DNA from: Hyphomicrobiaceae bacterium
Lineage (GTDB): Bacteria > Pseudomonadota > Alphaproteobacteria > Rhizobiales > Hyphomicrobiaceae
Assembly: GCA_050330095.1 (NCBI GenBank)
Contig: JBHJOC010000007.1
Location: 2,820 to 66,819 of the forward strand
Direction of reading: 5' to 3'
DNA: 64,000 nucleotides
Of the stretch, positions 21,137 through 31,125 are shown one piece after another. The notes below the pieces were generated by a model. That model saw nothing but the letters and a program-made list of their open reading frames with translations, was not told where the DNA came from and ran no database searches. Positions within the stretch are counted from its first letter, which is position 1. Each line of letters begins with the position of its first letter. The position numbers and the translations under genes are program-made.

Positions 21137-21253
21137 ACGAACGACGGAAAGCAAAGTTTGCGAGAAACACAGTGAATCTCTTTCCGCCTTGCGATCAGAC
21201 GTCTCTGGCAGGCGCGTCTTGCGGAGGGTGCAGAGACTTCTGATCGGCGGCAC
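21137..21253. repeat. 117-nt non-coding element, copy 1 (candidate structured RNA or repeat family)
   Basis: Ungapped alignment to 43076-43192 gives 95/117 identical positions. It contains a 15-bp imperfect stem (21193-21207 with 21231-21245). No conserved reading frame with a start codon is shared by the two copies. Confidence 0.8.
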
Positions 21254-21425
21254 TTGTGCGGTGTCATCCGACCACGTGGCCGCGAATGCGGTCGCGCGTG
21301 GTCGGATCATGCTGCAGCTGTGAACTTTCAGGAGGTCGTTCATGACGGCCGGACGAGGTTGCTCATCCGGCCCGAACGGGCGAGGCTGATGTTTCAACGC
21401 ACGCAGCACATCTCCGGGGGACCGG

Positions 21426-21560
21426 ATGAACATTCACAAGAATGCGCGTCTGACGCCGCGCGGTCGAGCGCAGATGGTTCGCGCCGTCGCAAACAACGGC
21501 TTCTCGATCGCTGCAGCGGCGCACACTCCGTTTTCCCACACGGGGCATCAAATCGCCTGA
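21426..21560 (+). mobile_element. IS481-family transposase N-terminal (HTH) fragment; decayed remnant
   Basis: The 44-codon ORF MNIHKNARLTPRGRAQMVRAVANNGFSIAAAA... matches the characteristic IS481-family N-terminus (MN.HK.ARLT). It then stops, and no DDE domain follows. Confidence 0.65.
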
Positions 21561-21629
21561 CGGCGGGCGCACGAAAGTTTACCCAAGAAGAGGCGCCCCT
21601 CATGGCCGCCGGTGAGCGCCTCTCTCCAA

Positions 21630-22664
21630 TCAGCTCTCGCTCTCAACGAGGAGCGACGTCTTCGTCCGCATCAGCGCCTCGGCATCGGCCGCGTTGAGTT
21701 TGAAGTCGAAACCGTTCACCCGATCCGCAATCGCCTGCGCACGATCCGGCAAAACGCCACCCTCCGGCTGGGGTCCGACAGAAATCCGCACCCAGGCATC
21801 CACATCGCTGCCAACCTCTGGCGGGGTCCCGAAGCGATGCATTGTCACTGCAAAGTCGCCAGACGTTGCAAATACGACCCTGCGACCGTCGGGGTTTGCG
21901 TCTGTGACTGCTCTGCGAACATCGTTGAAGCGCAGTGGTGAGAGAAGATTGGCGAGCCTTGAGACCTTCGCTGCATCGGGCTGTCGATCCTCGGGGATCG
22001 CCTCAAGGGTCATGGCGTCGCCATCGCGCGCCAAGGTGAAGGCGACAGTCTCGCCGTCATAGGCTGCGACCGAAGCAATATCGCCAGCCTCGATCGCAAC
22101 GATCTGCGTGTCGAAATACGCACTCCGCGAGAGTGGCGCATCGAGCGCGCCGCGCACGAGGAATGCTCTTGTCTCCCCGTCCCGCCGGACGAACTGGCCG
22201 CCGCTCGTCCCCCCGACTGTGTAATCCCGCTCGCCGAGGATCACAGCGGCGATCGTCCTGCCTGCGCGATCGGCAAGCACGATCCGCTCGCCTTCGCCAG
22301 CGGTCGCGCCCGAGGTTGGCGCTTCGAGCTTGAGTTCACCGAGGCGGCTTGCATCGGAAGTCTTGCGTTCTTCGATCGTCATCAGGGCGAGCGCGGAGAC
22401 CATGCGCCGCGGCAGATCGGGCGACACCGGGAAGCCGCTCTGGTCGAGAAATACGCCATCCTTCAACGTCATGACGGTCTTGTCATCGCCGAGGTCGACG
22501 GTGATTTCTGCGATATCGCCGGCGCGCTGTGCCAGTCCCGGCACAAGGCGCTCGCCGCGCTGGCTTACGGCATCGCCAACGCGTGTCACCGTCGAGGTCA
22601 CAACCGCCAAGCCGATCGCCACGACGGTTGCTGCGGACAGCAAAAGGAACGACTTCGGCGTCAT
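21630..22664 (-). CDS. DUF4340-domain protein (fourth gene of the GldG-type ABC cluster)
   Basis: The ATG at 22662-22664 is preceded by GGAG. It has an N-terminal anchor (FLLLSAATVVAIGLAVV). The position downstream of the GldG-like gene is typical for DUF4340. Confidence 0.65.
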   Translation of the reverse strand: MTPKSFLLLSAATVVAIGLAVVTSTVTRVGDAVSQRGERLVPGLAQRAGDIAEITVDLGDDKTVMTLKDGVFLDQSGFPVSPDLPRRMVSALALMTIEERKTSDASRLGELKLEAPTSGATAGEGERIVLADRAGRTIAAVILGERDYTVGGTSGGQFVRRDGETRAFLVRGALDAPLSRSAYFDTQIVAIEAGDIASVAAYDGETVAFTLARDGDAMTLEAIPEDRQPDAAKVSRLANLLSPLRFNDVRRAVTDANPDGRRVVFATSGDFAVTMHRFGTPPEVGSDVDAWVRISVGPQPEGGVLPDRAQAIADRVNGFDFKLNAADAEALMRTKTSLLVESES

Positions 22665-22728
22665 AGCAGAGCTCCGGGATCGTGTCGGTGAGCCTTCGGC
22701 ATGGGGGCAAGCCGCAAACAGGCGCGGG

Positions 22729-24738
22729 TCAGGCCGTGGCGGGTGCCACTGGTCGTTGAGGCAGTGGGCGTTTCGGCCGCCGCAGGGCGAACAGTAGCGC
22801 AAGTCCAGCAAATAGGGCCGGCACGAGGGCGACATTGAAAGCTGTCAGCCGTGCTTTCAACCCGTCGACCTCGCGACGCAACTCGTACTGCACGTTGCGC
22901 AGTTCCGCCCGTGTCGCGAGCATCTGCTGGCGAAACTCTCCAATTGCCCGCTCGGTCTCGACGTTGATCATCTCGCCGTCGCGGGCGCCGCTTGCCTGCG
23001 TGAGTTCAGCGAGCCTTCGCTCGGTGTCTTGCAGCCGTTGCACCAACTCGTTCTGGCGATTGAGGTATTTCGTTTCCGCTTCCTGTTCGAGTTGGGCGAT
23101 CCGCTCGAATGGTCGGAACGACACGCCGCGGCTGCGAAGATCGGAGAGGGCGACACCGCCGACCATCTGCTCGACAGCGTTGAGAAGAAGTGCGGCGTTA
23201 TTCGAGAACGGCTCGGCGATCACCTGGCCGAGGATGCGGCGCTGCCTGACCCAATTGCGGTCCATCAGCATGTCCGCATCAGCAAACACCAGAACGTTCG
23301 GGCGGGCCAATGAGGCTTTGACGGGTTCGCCCGTCGCTTCCGAACCCTCAGGCTTGCCATCGGGGAAGGCGGTTGCAAGCGTGCCGTCCAATCGCGCAGC
23401 GAGGATCAAGGGCGCGTCCGCCGGGGCGTAGTTCTGGCGTAGCGCCCGCGGATCCGCCTGAAAACTACCGGCCTCCATTGCCGGGACAAGACCGCCTTCG
23501 CGCGACGTCGTGACCAGAGGCACGAGGCGCGTCGTGCCGCTGGTCTCCGCGAAGGCTCCGGCAGAGGTCATGATGAGCGTCGTGAGCTGCGCAAACAGAG
23601 CATCGTCGCGCGCCATCTGTGCCGCGGTGATCGAGAGCCATGGCAAGTTTGCTGCTTCGACCTGACGACCGAACACCTCGCGTGTGGTGCGGATCGCGAT
23701 CTGCGGGTCAGCCACAGCTTTCGCAGCGTCGTAGCCGACGCCCCATGCAGCAAACAGCTTCTCAAGATCCGATGACGGGTCCGGCGGTGGCATGCCAGGA
23801 CGCAGCCCAGGCTGCGTTTCGGCGTAGGGATCGACGAATATCAGCGTCGCGCCGCCGGAAAGCACCCACTGGTCGATCGTGAACAGCGTCCGCTCGCTTA
23901 GATTTCGCGGATGGACCACAATGACGACGCGGGTGCCTGCGGGCAAAGCATCGACGTCGCCGCGGATGCGCTCAACGGCGTAGAGCTCGCGCAACTGACC
24001 GAGAATTTGCTGCTCGGGGATCTGCGCGACGGCATTCCCGTAAAGCCCGATGCCATCGAACAACGCGATCACGGGCTTTGCCGGCTGCGACAGCTCCGCG
24101 AGCATGCGCGTCAGATCGTATTCAAGGAAGGGTTCGCGATCGGGCGAGAAAACCGGAATGTTTGCACGTCCATTGGTCGAGTTGGTGGCGGCAAGGCCGA
24201 AGAAGAGCTCCTGTGGCGCGCCCGTGAGCCTGATCCGGTTGATGCCGAAGCCGACCGCCCGATCCTCGGCATCCGAGAAGGGCTTGGGATCAATCCGCTC
24301 TAGCGTGATCTTGCCGCGTGCAAGCCGCTCGTACGCCTGCAGCATCGCCGTGACGCGATTGGCGTATGCGGCAAGCTGGGGCGCTTGATTGATGAGTTCC
24401 TCCGAGAGGAACAGGCGCAGGTGAAGCGGTTCTTGCAACCCGGCAAGCAGCCCGCGCGTGCCCTGCGAAAGGGAATACAGCCCCTGTTGCGTCAGATCGA
24501 TGCGCGTTGATCGCATCGCGTTCGATGCAATCACGTTGACTGCGAGAAACAGGACCACTGCGAGTGCGATCCCGCCACGCAGCAGTCTCGCGCGCGACAG
24601 GTTGCCGAGGTAGCTCTCGGCTCGCTCAACGGTCGTGCTGACAGCGGCTCTGCGGCTCGCACCGCCAGGGTGTTGCCTGAGCTGCTCCGTCGCTGCGCCA
24701 TCGTCAGCGCGCCCGGTCGGTGCGTCGTTCATCGTCAT
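22729..24738 (-). CDS. GldG-family ABC-transporter auxiliary component
   Basis: 669 aa with an N-terminal TM helix, a large extracytoplasmic domain, a C-terminal coiled coil and a terminal TM helix (ALVPALFAGLALLFAL). It is adjacent to ABC-2 permease and ATPase genes. Confidence 0.75.
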   Translation of the reverse strand: MTMNDAPTGRADDGAATEQLRQHPGGASRRAAVSTTVERAESYLGNLSRARLLRGGIALAVVLFLAVNVIASNAMRSTRIDLTQQGLYSLSQGTRGLLAGLQEPLHLRLFLSEELINQAPQLAAYANRVTAMLQAYERLARGKITLERIDPKPFSDAEDRAVGFGINRIRLTGAPQELFFGLAATNSTNGRANIPVFSPDREPFLEYDLTRMLAELSQPAKPVIALFDGIGLYGNAVAQIPEQQILGQLRELYAVERIRGDVDALPAGTRVVIVVHPRNLSERTLFTIDQWVLSGGATLIFVDPYAETQPGLRPGMPPPDPSSDLEKLFAAWGVGYDAAKAVADPQIAIRTTREVFGRQVEAANLPWLSITAAQMARDDALFAQLTTLIMTSAGAFAETSGTTRLVPLVTTSREGGLVPAMEAGSFQADPRALRQNYAPADAPLILAARLDGTLATAFPDGKPEGSEATGEPVKASLARPNVLVFADADMLMDRNWVRQRRILGQVIAEPFSNNAALLLNAVEQMVGGVALSDLRSRGVSFRPFERIAQLEQEAETKYLNRQNELVQRLQDTERRLAELTQASGARDGEMINVETERAIGEFRQQMLATRAELRNVQYELRREVDGLKARLTAFNVALVPALFAGLALLFALRRPKRPLPQRPVAPATA

Positions 24739-24747
24739 CGGCGAGCC

Positions 24748-25494
24748 TCACGAGGATTTTTCGAGATCGACGATCTGAATGTTGATCCAAAGGGCGACAG
24801 CGATCATCGAGGAGAAAAACACGATCGTTGAAAGCTCGATCACGCCTTCGGTCAGCCTGCTGAAGTGGGAAATGAACGAGAGTGACTGGACGATTTCGAT
24901 CAAGAAGCCTGGCGCCCAACCGCGGACACTTGCGAGCACGAGATCGAACCCAGCCATGACCAGCAGGAAACCAGCGATCGCTGCGATGATGAAGGCGATG
25001 ACCTGGTTTGTGGTGAGTGCCGAGATGCAGGACGCGAGGGCGAGAAAAGCTCCCGCCATCAGCCAACTTCCGAGGTAGCTCGCGAAGATCACGCCGTTAT
25101 CGGGTGAGCCGAGGTAGTTGACCGTGAGCCACATGGGCGTGGTTAACAGGAGCGCGACACCGACGAATGCCCATCCGGCGAGGAATTTCCCAACGACCAG
25201 CTGCCAGATCCGCACTGGCAGCGTCATCAGCAGTTCGATGGTGCCGGACCGGCGCTCCTCTGCCCAAAGCCGCATGCCGATTGCCGGCATCAGGACCATG
25301 AACAGCCACGGGTGCCACGTGAAGAAGCTTGCAAGATCGGCCTGTCCGCGATCGAAAAAGCCAGTTGCAAAAAACGCAAGCCCCGTCGAAAGCGCAAGAA
25401 AGACGAGCAGGAAGATCGCAGCGAGGGGCGTTGCGAAATAAGCGCGGAACTCACGCTCGACGATGGTGCGGACGATCCGGATGTCATCTGTCAT
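24748..25494 (-). CDS. ABC-2 type transporter permease (GldF-like)
   Basis: Six-TM hydrophobic protein. I prefer the ATG at 25492-25494 (MTDDIRIV...), which has an upstream GGAG, over the TTG at 25524 used by the ORF track. Confidence 0.8.
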   Translation of the reverse strand: MTDDIRIVRTIVEREFRAYFATPLAAIFLLVFLALSTGLAFFATGFFDRGQADLASFFTWHPWLFMVLMPAIGMRLWAEERRSGTIELLMTLPVRIWQLVVGKFLAGWAFVGVALLLTTPMWLTVNYLGSPDNGVIFASYLGSWLMAGAFLALASCISALTTNQVIAFIIAAIAGFLLVMAGFDLVLASVRGWAPGFLIEIVQSLSFISHFSRLTEGVIELSTIVFFSSMIAVALWINIQIVDLEKSS

Positions 25495-25617
25495 GGGTGT
25501 TGAACTCCGGGGCGGTCGGTTCAAAAGTTGGTTGAGGGGGCGAGACGTCGGCAGAGGGCTGGCGGGAGGCCCAGCATCGTGATCGTGGTCATCGCGTCGA
25601 GCCTTCCCAGCCGTGCA

Positions 25618-26568
25618 TCAACTCGGTCGCTGCGTGCTTGTAATCTCGCGAAACACGTCCTCCAGGCGCGGCCGCCAGGGTCCGATGTCCTCGACCTCGA
25701 GCCCGCTCTGGCGCACAGCTTCGGCAAAGGTCCCCGGCTCTCCGTCAGCCTCGCCAATATCGATCAACAGCTTGGTCGCACCGTTGAATTGCTCAATGAC
25801 TTCGATACGGCTGTCGGCCGTGATCGGTCGCAGCCTCTCGATGACCTGCTGTGGTTGGTGGGCGCTGACGGTGAGCCTGATCCGGTTCTGCCTGCCGGCC
25901 CGCGCGACGAGAGCTTCAGGCGTGGCGTCGGCGACGACTTTGCCGGCCGCGATGATGACGGCGCGGGAGCACACGGCCTCGACCTCTTCGAGAATGTGGG
26001 TCGAGATCACGATCGCCTTGTTCGGGGCGATCTCCTGGATGAGCGCGCGCATCTCGTGCTTCTGGTTCGGATCGAGGCCATCAGTCGGCTCGTCGAGGAT
26101 CAGCACATCCGGGTCGTGGATCAGGGCCTGTGCGATGCCGACGCGGCGCTTGAAGCCTTTCGAGAGGGCTTCGATCGGCTTGTTCCAGACTTCTGCGATA
26201 TTAATGCGATCAGCCATGATCGCGAGCCGATCGTCGAGGTGCTGACCAGAGAGCCCACGAATCTTGCCGACGAACGTGAGAAAATCGGCGACGCTCATGT
26301 CAGCGTAGGCTGGCGCGCCTTCCGGCAGGTAACCGAGCTTGCGCTTTGCCGCGAGCGGCGCGGTTCCAACATCATGGCCGCAAATCTCGGAACTGCCGCC
26401 ATCAGGCTCCATGAAGCCCGTGATCATGCGCATCGTCGTGGATTTGCCCGCGCCGTTCGGGCCGAGAAAGCCGACGACCTCGCCGCGCGCCACCTCGAGG
26501 GACACGTGATCAACGGCAGTCTGGGCCCCAAAACGCTTCACAAGTTCGCGCGCACGGATCAGACTCAT
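25618..26568 (-). CDS. ABC transporter ATP-binding protein (GldA-like)
   Basis: Walker A GPNGAGKST, signature LSKGFKRRVGIAQAL and Walker B VLILDEPTDGLD. Confidence 0.9.
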   Translation of the reverse strand: MSLIRARELVKRFGAQTAVDHVSLEVARGEVVGFLGPNGAGKSTTMRMITGFMEPDGGSSEICGHDVGTAPLAAKRKLGYLPEGAPAYADMSVADFLTFVGKIRGLSGQHLDDRLAIMADRINIAEVWNKPIEALSKGFKRRVGIAQALIHDPDVLILDEPTDGLDPNQKHEMRALIQEIAPNKAIVISTHILEEVEAVCSRAVIIAAGKVVADATPEALVARAGRQNRIRLTVSAHQPQQVIERLRPITADSRIEVIEQFNGATKLLIDIGEADGEPGTFAEAVRQSGLEVEDIGPWRPRLEDVFREITSTQRPS

Positions 26569-26861
26569 GACGGAGCGTTCCTTCGCAGCAGCAAGTTGGG
26601 GTGTGCGAGCTTCAGGTCGATCAGCCGCAGATGGCAGAGCACCACACAGTGCTGTGGGTCACCTAGAGGAACGTCTCTCGATTTCAAGTCCCTTTGTCAG
26701 CTTCGGCAAACGACGAGACGAGGCTGGACCGCTCAGCGGGCCTTGAGGAAGGACCTAACGACGGGTTTCGCTGACATGTCAGTGTCATGTTTCGATGCAT
26801 CATTTTGCTGAGTGCGCTTAAGATCTGAAGAGCAATCAACTCATCCTCGGGCAAGTTGGCT

Positions 26862-27446
26862 ATGGCGCGAGCGCGCAAAATCCTGATCCTGAACGGCCAC
26901 CCAGACCCGTCACCTGAGCGGCTCGGGCGCGCGCTCGCGCTAGCTTACGCGGAGGGCGCATCGGCTGGCGGTCATGATGTCCGGGTGACCCACATTGCCG
27001 AACTGTCGTTCCCGATCCTTCGCAGCAAGGCTGAATTCGATGGCGAAGCTCCGGACGTCATCGTCAAGGCGCAAGACGACATGCGCTGGGCAGAGCATAT
27101 CGTCCTCGTCTACCCGCTTTGGCACGGGATGCTCCCGGCCTTCCTGAAAGCGTTCCTCGAACAGGTCTTCAGGGCAGGGTTTGCCATGCATGTGAGCGAG
27201 ACGGGCTGGACACCGATGCTCAAGGGCAAGTCGGCGCGCGTGGTTGTGACAATGGGTATGCCAACGCTCTTCTACCGCTTCTACTTCTTCGCGCACTCTC
27301 TGGCGGCGCTCAGGCGCAACATTCTGGGCTTCAGTGGCATGGCGCCCGTTCGCACGACACTCTACGGCATGATCGAGACCGTGAGCGCCGAAACACGGGC
27401 AGGCTGGCTTGAGGAGATGCGGGCGCTTGGCCGGCGCGCGACTTGA
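26862..27446 (+). CDS. Flavodoxin-like-fold NAD(P)H-dependent oxidoreductase (NQO/KefF/MdaB-type)
   Basis: N-terminal KILILNGHP and the segment HIVLVYPLWHGMLPAFLKAF are typical of the Flavodoxin_2 family. The ATG is at 26862, and the ORF-track TTG is at 26856. Confidence 0.75.
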   Translation: MARARKILILNGHPDPSPERLGRALALAYAEGASAGGHDVRVTHIAELSFPILRSKAEFDGEAPDVIVKAQDDMRWAEHIVLVYPLWHGMLPAFLKAFLEQVFRAGFAMHVSETGWTPMLKGKSARVVVTMGMPTLFYRFYFFAHSLAALRRNILGFSGMAPVRTTLYGMIETVSAETRAGWLEEMRALGRRAT

Positions 27447-27530
27447 GCATAGCACGAGAGAATTGTTCGCTGAGCAGTGGCGCGCCGGGCCGTGTAGAGG
27501 TAGAGCCTCACGGCTCTGTTGGAGGCTTCA

Positions 27531-28190
27531 ATGCTCAAGATTTACGGTGTCTATCGATCCCGCGCGACGCGCAATATCTGGCTCTGCAATGAGATGGGGA
27601 TCCCATTTGAGCTTGTCCCGGTCGTACAGGCGAACCGGGTCGCAAATCCCTCTGCAGCCGACGCGCCCCTGCATTCAAAATCGCCCGCGTTCCTGGCGGT
27701 CAATCCTAACGGGCACGTTCCGGCCCTGGTCGATGGCGACCTGACGCTGTGGGAATCTCTCGCGATGAACCTCTACATCGCAAAGAAGCACAGTGGTCCG
27801 CTCGCGCCGGCCGACCTCGCCGAGGATGCGCTGATGACGATGTGGACCATCTGGGCGATCACGGAGGTCGAACCGCATGCGGTGCAGATCATCTACCACA
27901 AGGCGATGAAGCCCGAAGCTGAGCGCGATCCCAACGTTGTTGCCGCCTCGATCGCTGCGCTCAGAGCACCGCTTCGCGTCCTCGACGAGCACCTCCTCAA
28001 GTCAGGCGGTCATGTCGTTGGCGCCAGGTTCACGGTCGCAGACATCAACCTCGCCGAGTGCCTGAGGTACGCGCAACTCGCGCCAGAGACCTTCGAAGGG
28101 GCTCCACATGTGTCTAACTGGCTCAAGGCCTGTCAGGCCAGACCAGCGTTCGAGGCGATGATGGAACGGCGGAACGCCGAGCCGGCCTGA
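27531..28190 (+). CDS. Glutathione S-transferase family protein
   Basis: The ATG at 27531 lies 5 nt after GGAGG. It has a thioredoxin-like N-domain (VPALVDGDLTLWESLAMNLYI) followed by a helical C-domain. Confidence 0.85.
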   Translation: MLKIYGVYRSRATRNIWLCNEMGIPFELVPVVQANRVANPSAADAPLHSKSPAFLAVNPNGHVPALVDGDLTLWESLAMNLYIAKKHSGPLAPADLAEDALMTMWTIWAITEVEPHAVQIIYHKAMKPEAERDPNVVAASIAALRAPLRVLDEHLLKSGGHVVGARFTVADINLAECLRYAQLAPETFEGAPHVSNWLKACQARPAFEAMMERRNAEPA

Positions 28191-28255
28191 GGCGCGCCGC
28201 CTCACGCGCCATCGGCCGGGGGGCGGATTGCGCTCGCCGTCGCGTTTGTGCATAG

Positions 28256-29611
<1,356 letters not shown>

Positions 29612-29666
29612 CCGCGCCCAGGCTGGCCAGCTTCGGAGCCGGCCGGTTCCGATTGGGACGACCTCG

Positions 29667-29960
29667 TCAATGCAGACGCAACTCGCCGTCGACGAAGGTC
29701 ATCTCGGCGGGCGAAATCAGGCCCTGATGTGCAACCCGGACGCGGTAAAGCCGGCCCTCGAGATTGACGCTCCAGAAGTCCAGGAATTGCCGAAGCTTCG
29801 GGAAACTCGGATGTTCGTCATAGTCCTGCCAGATGTAGGTTTGTAACAACGCGGGGTAGTCGGGCAGGCGGTAGAGGATTTCGGCGGTCGTCAGGCTGAA
29901 CCCTTTCAGTTGAGCGATGAAGCCGCGGTCAATTCCGTTCGTGGTGGCGCTTTCCGTCAT
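29667..29960 (-). CDS. usg: Usg-family protein
   Basis: 97-aa product with LTTAEILYRLPDYPALLQTYIWQDYD and VRVAHQGLISPAE, matching the alphaproteobacterial Usg family. The ATG at 29958-29960 follows GGAG. Confidence 0.75.
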   Translation of the reverse strand: MTESATTNGIDRGFIAQLKGFSLTTAEILYRLPDYPALLQTYIWQDYDEHPSFPKLRQFLDFWSVNLEGRLYRVRVAHQGLISPAEMTFVDGELRLH

Positions 29961-30397
29961 CAAGAGCTCCAAATCGGTTGATCCTTGACGGAGATCAGCG
30001 TATGCGGCGTTCGCGTCGGGTCAAGCCTCGCAAACGTGCAGCGATCGCAAATATTTCGTTCAATAACTGAGCGTTAGCAGCATTGTCGCGGGAGTGCTGC
30101 CAGTTGCAAGGTCTGGCTTCGTGGCCATCAGGGTACCGCCGCTCTCCGGCATCTTGACCCGGAACCGCTGCCTTGGCATTGCCCGATTCATCAATGATCT
30201 CAGAGATGTAAAAGTAGAAGCCGCAATCGCCGCGATCGCAACGGGCGGAGCGTCACATTCTTCGGTTCGCTGTCATATCTCTCGCGCTTGCTGTCGGCTG
30301 TCTCGGGATCGGGATCGCGCTGAACGAGGCCCACCGCCACGGCTGGTTCTGGGATGCGCCGCCGCGCGCGTGGCGGGAGGCTGCCGGCGCGAGCGAC

Positions 30398-31081
30398 ATG
30401 CTCGATGTGCCGGGTCGCGCAGTCGTCTATTGGGGCCGGCCAGATGCGCCCTATTCGGTCTATGCAACCAGGGGGATGCAGAAGCCGCGTGCGGTTATCG
30501 TCCACTACAACGTGCCGTCGCCGGTGTTGAGCCTGGTCAAGTACGGCCACCGGTCGGACCCCGCGCGCGGTGGGGCGTCATTCGGCTATCATTTCTATAT
30601 TTCACAGACGGGACGGATCGTGCAGGGAGCGCCGCTCTCACGGCGAACGAACCATATCAAGTCGACCGGAAATTCGGCGCGCACGGACGTGGGCCGGCAT
30701 CTTTGGTCCGGTAACACCATCGGCGTTTCGCTCGTCGGCGCATGTGAGCCAAGGTCGGCGTCCGGCACCGGCACTTATGATTGCTTGCGTGAGAAGCCGA
30801 CACCGGCACAGATTGCCGCTGGGCTGGCTGTGATCGAAGCTCTGCAGGCGCGCTATCAGATGGCGTGCGATGCCGTCTTCGGACACGGCGAGCTTCAGAC
30901 AGACCGCAAACCCTTCGAGGGCGCGGCCCTGACGACTGCCGCGCGAGGCGCATGCCTCGAGAGGTCCCTTGAGGCGCGCCCGGATCTCCTCGGCAAGCGG
31001 GAGACCGGTGATGCGGGCAGGGCACTGCCAGCACGGGAGACCAACACGATCCGGGCAGGGCCCCCTGGACGGTCGGGGTAG
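30398..31081 (+). CDS. N-acetylmuramoyl-L-alanine amidase (Amidase_2/PGRP fold); true start probably upstream
   Basis: Motifs VIVHYN, GYHFYISQTGRIVQGAP, NTIGVSLVGA and GHGE. 30398 is the first ATG, but the in-frame sequence upstream encodes a signal-anchor-like helix with no canonical start codon (see findings). Confidence 0.7.
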   Translation: MLDVPGRAVVYWGRPDAPYSVYATRGMQKPRAVIVHYNVPSPVLSLVKYGHRSDPARGGASFGYHFYISQTGRIVQGAPLSRRTNHIKSTGNSARTDVGRHLWSGNTIGVSLVGACEPRSASGTGTYDCLREKPTPAQIAAGLAVIEALQARYQMACDAVFGHGELQTDRKPFEGAALTTAARGACLERSLEARPDLLGKRETGDAGRALPARETNTIRAGPPGRSG

Positions 31082-31125
31082 TCAGGGACCACGCTCGCGC
31101 GCAGTCCCCGACGATTTGGGGGGCA

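Noticed and set aside
25528-26811. 427-aa ORF on the plus strand
   Set aside because: It is antisense to the GldA-like ABC ATPase, which has clear Walker motifs, so I treat it as a shadow ORF.
29985-29998. TTGAC-GGAG-ATCAG, resembling an FNR/FixK box (TTGAT-N4-ATCAA), upstream of usg
   Set aside because: Mismatches include the outer base of the second half-site. The site lies only about 25-40 nt from the start codon, and there is no supporting context.
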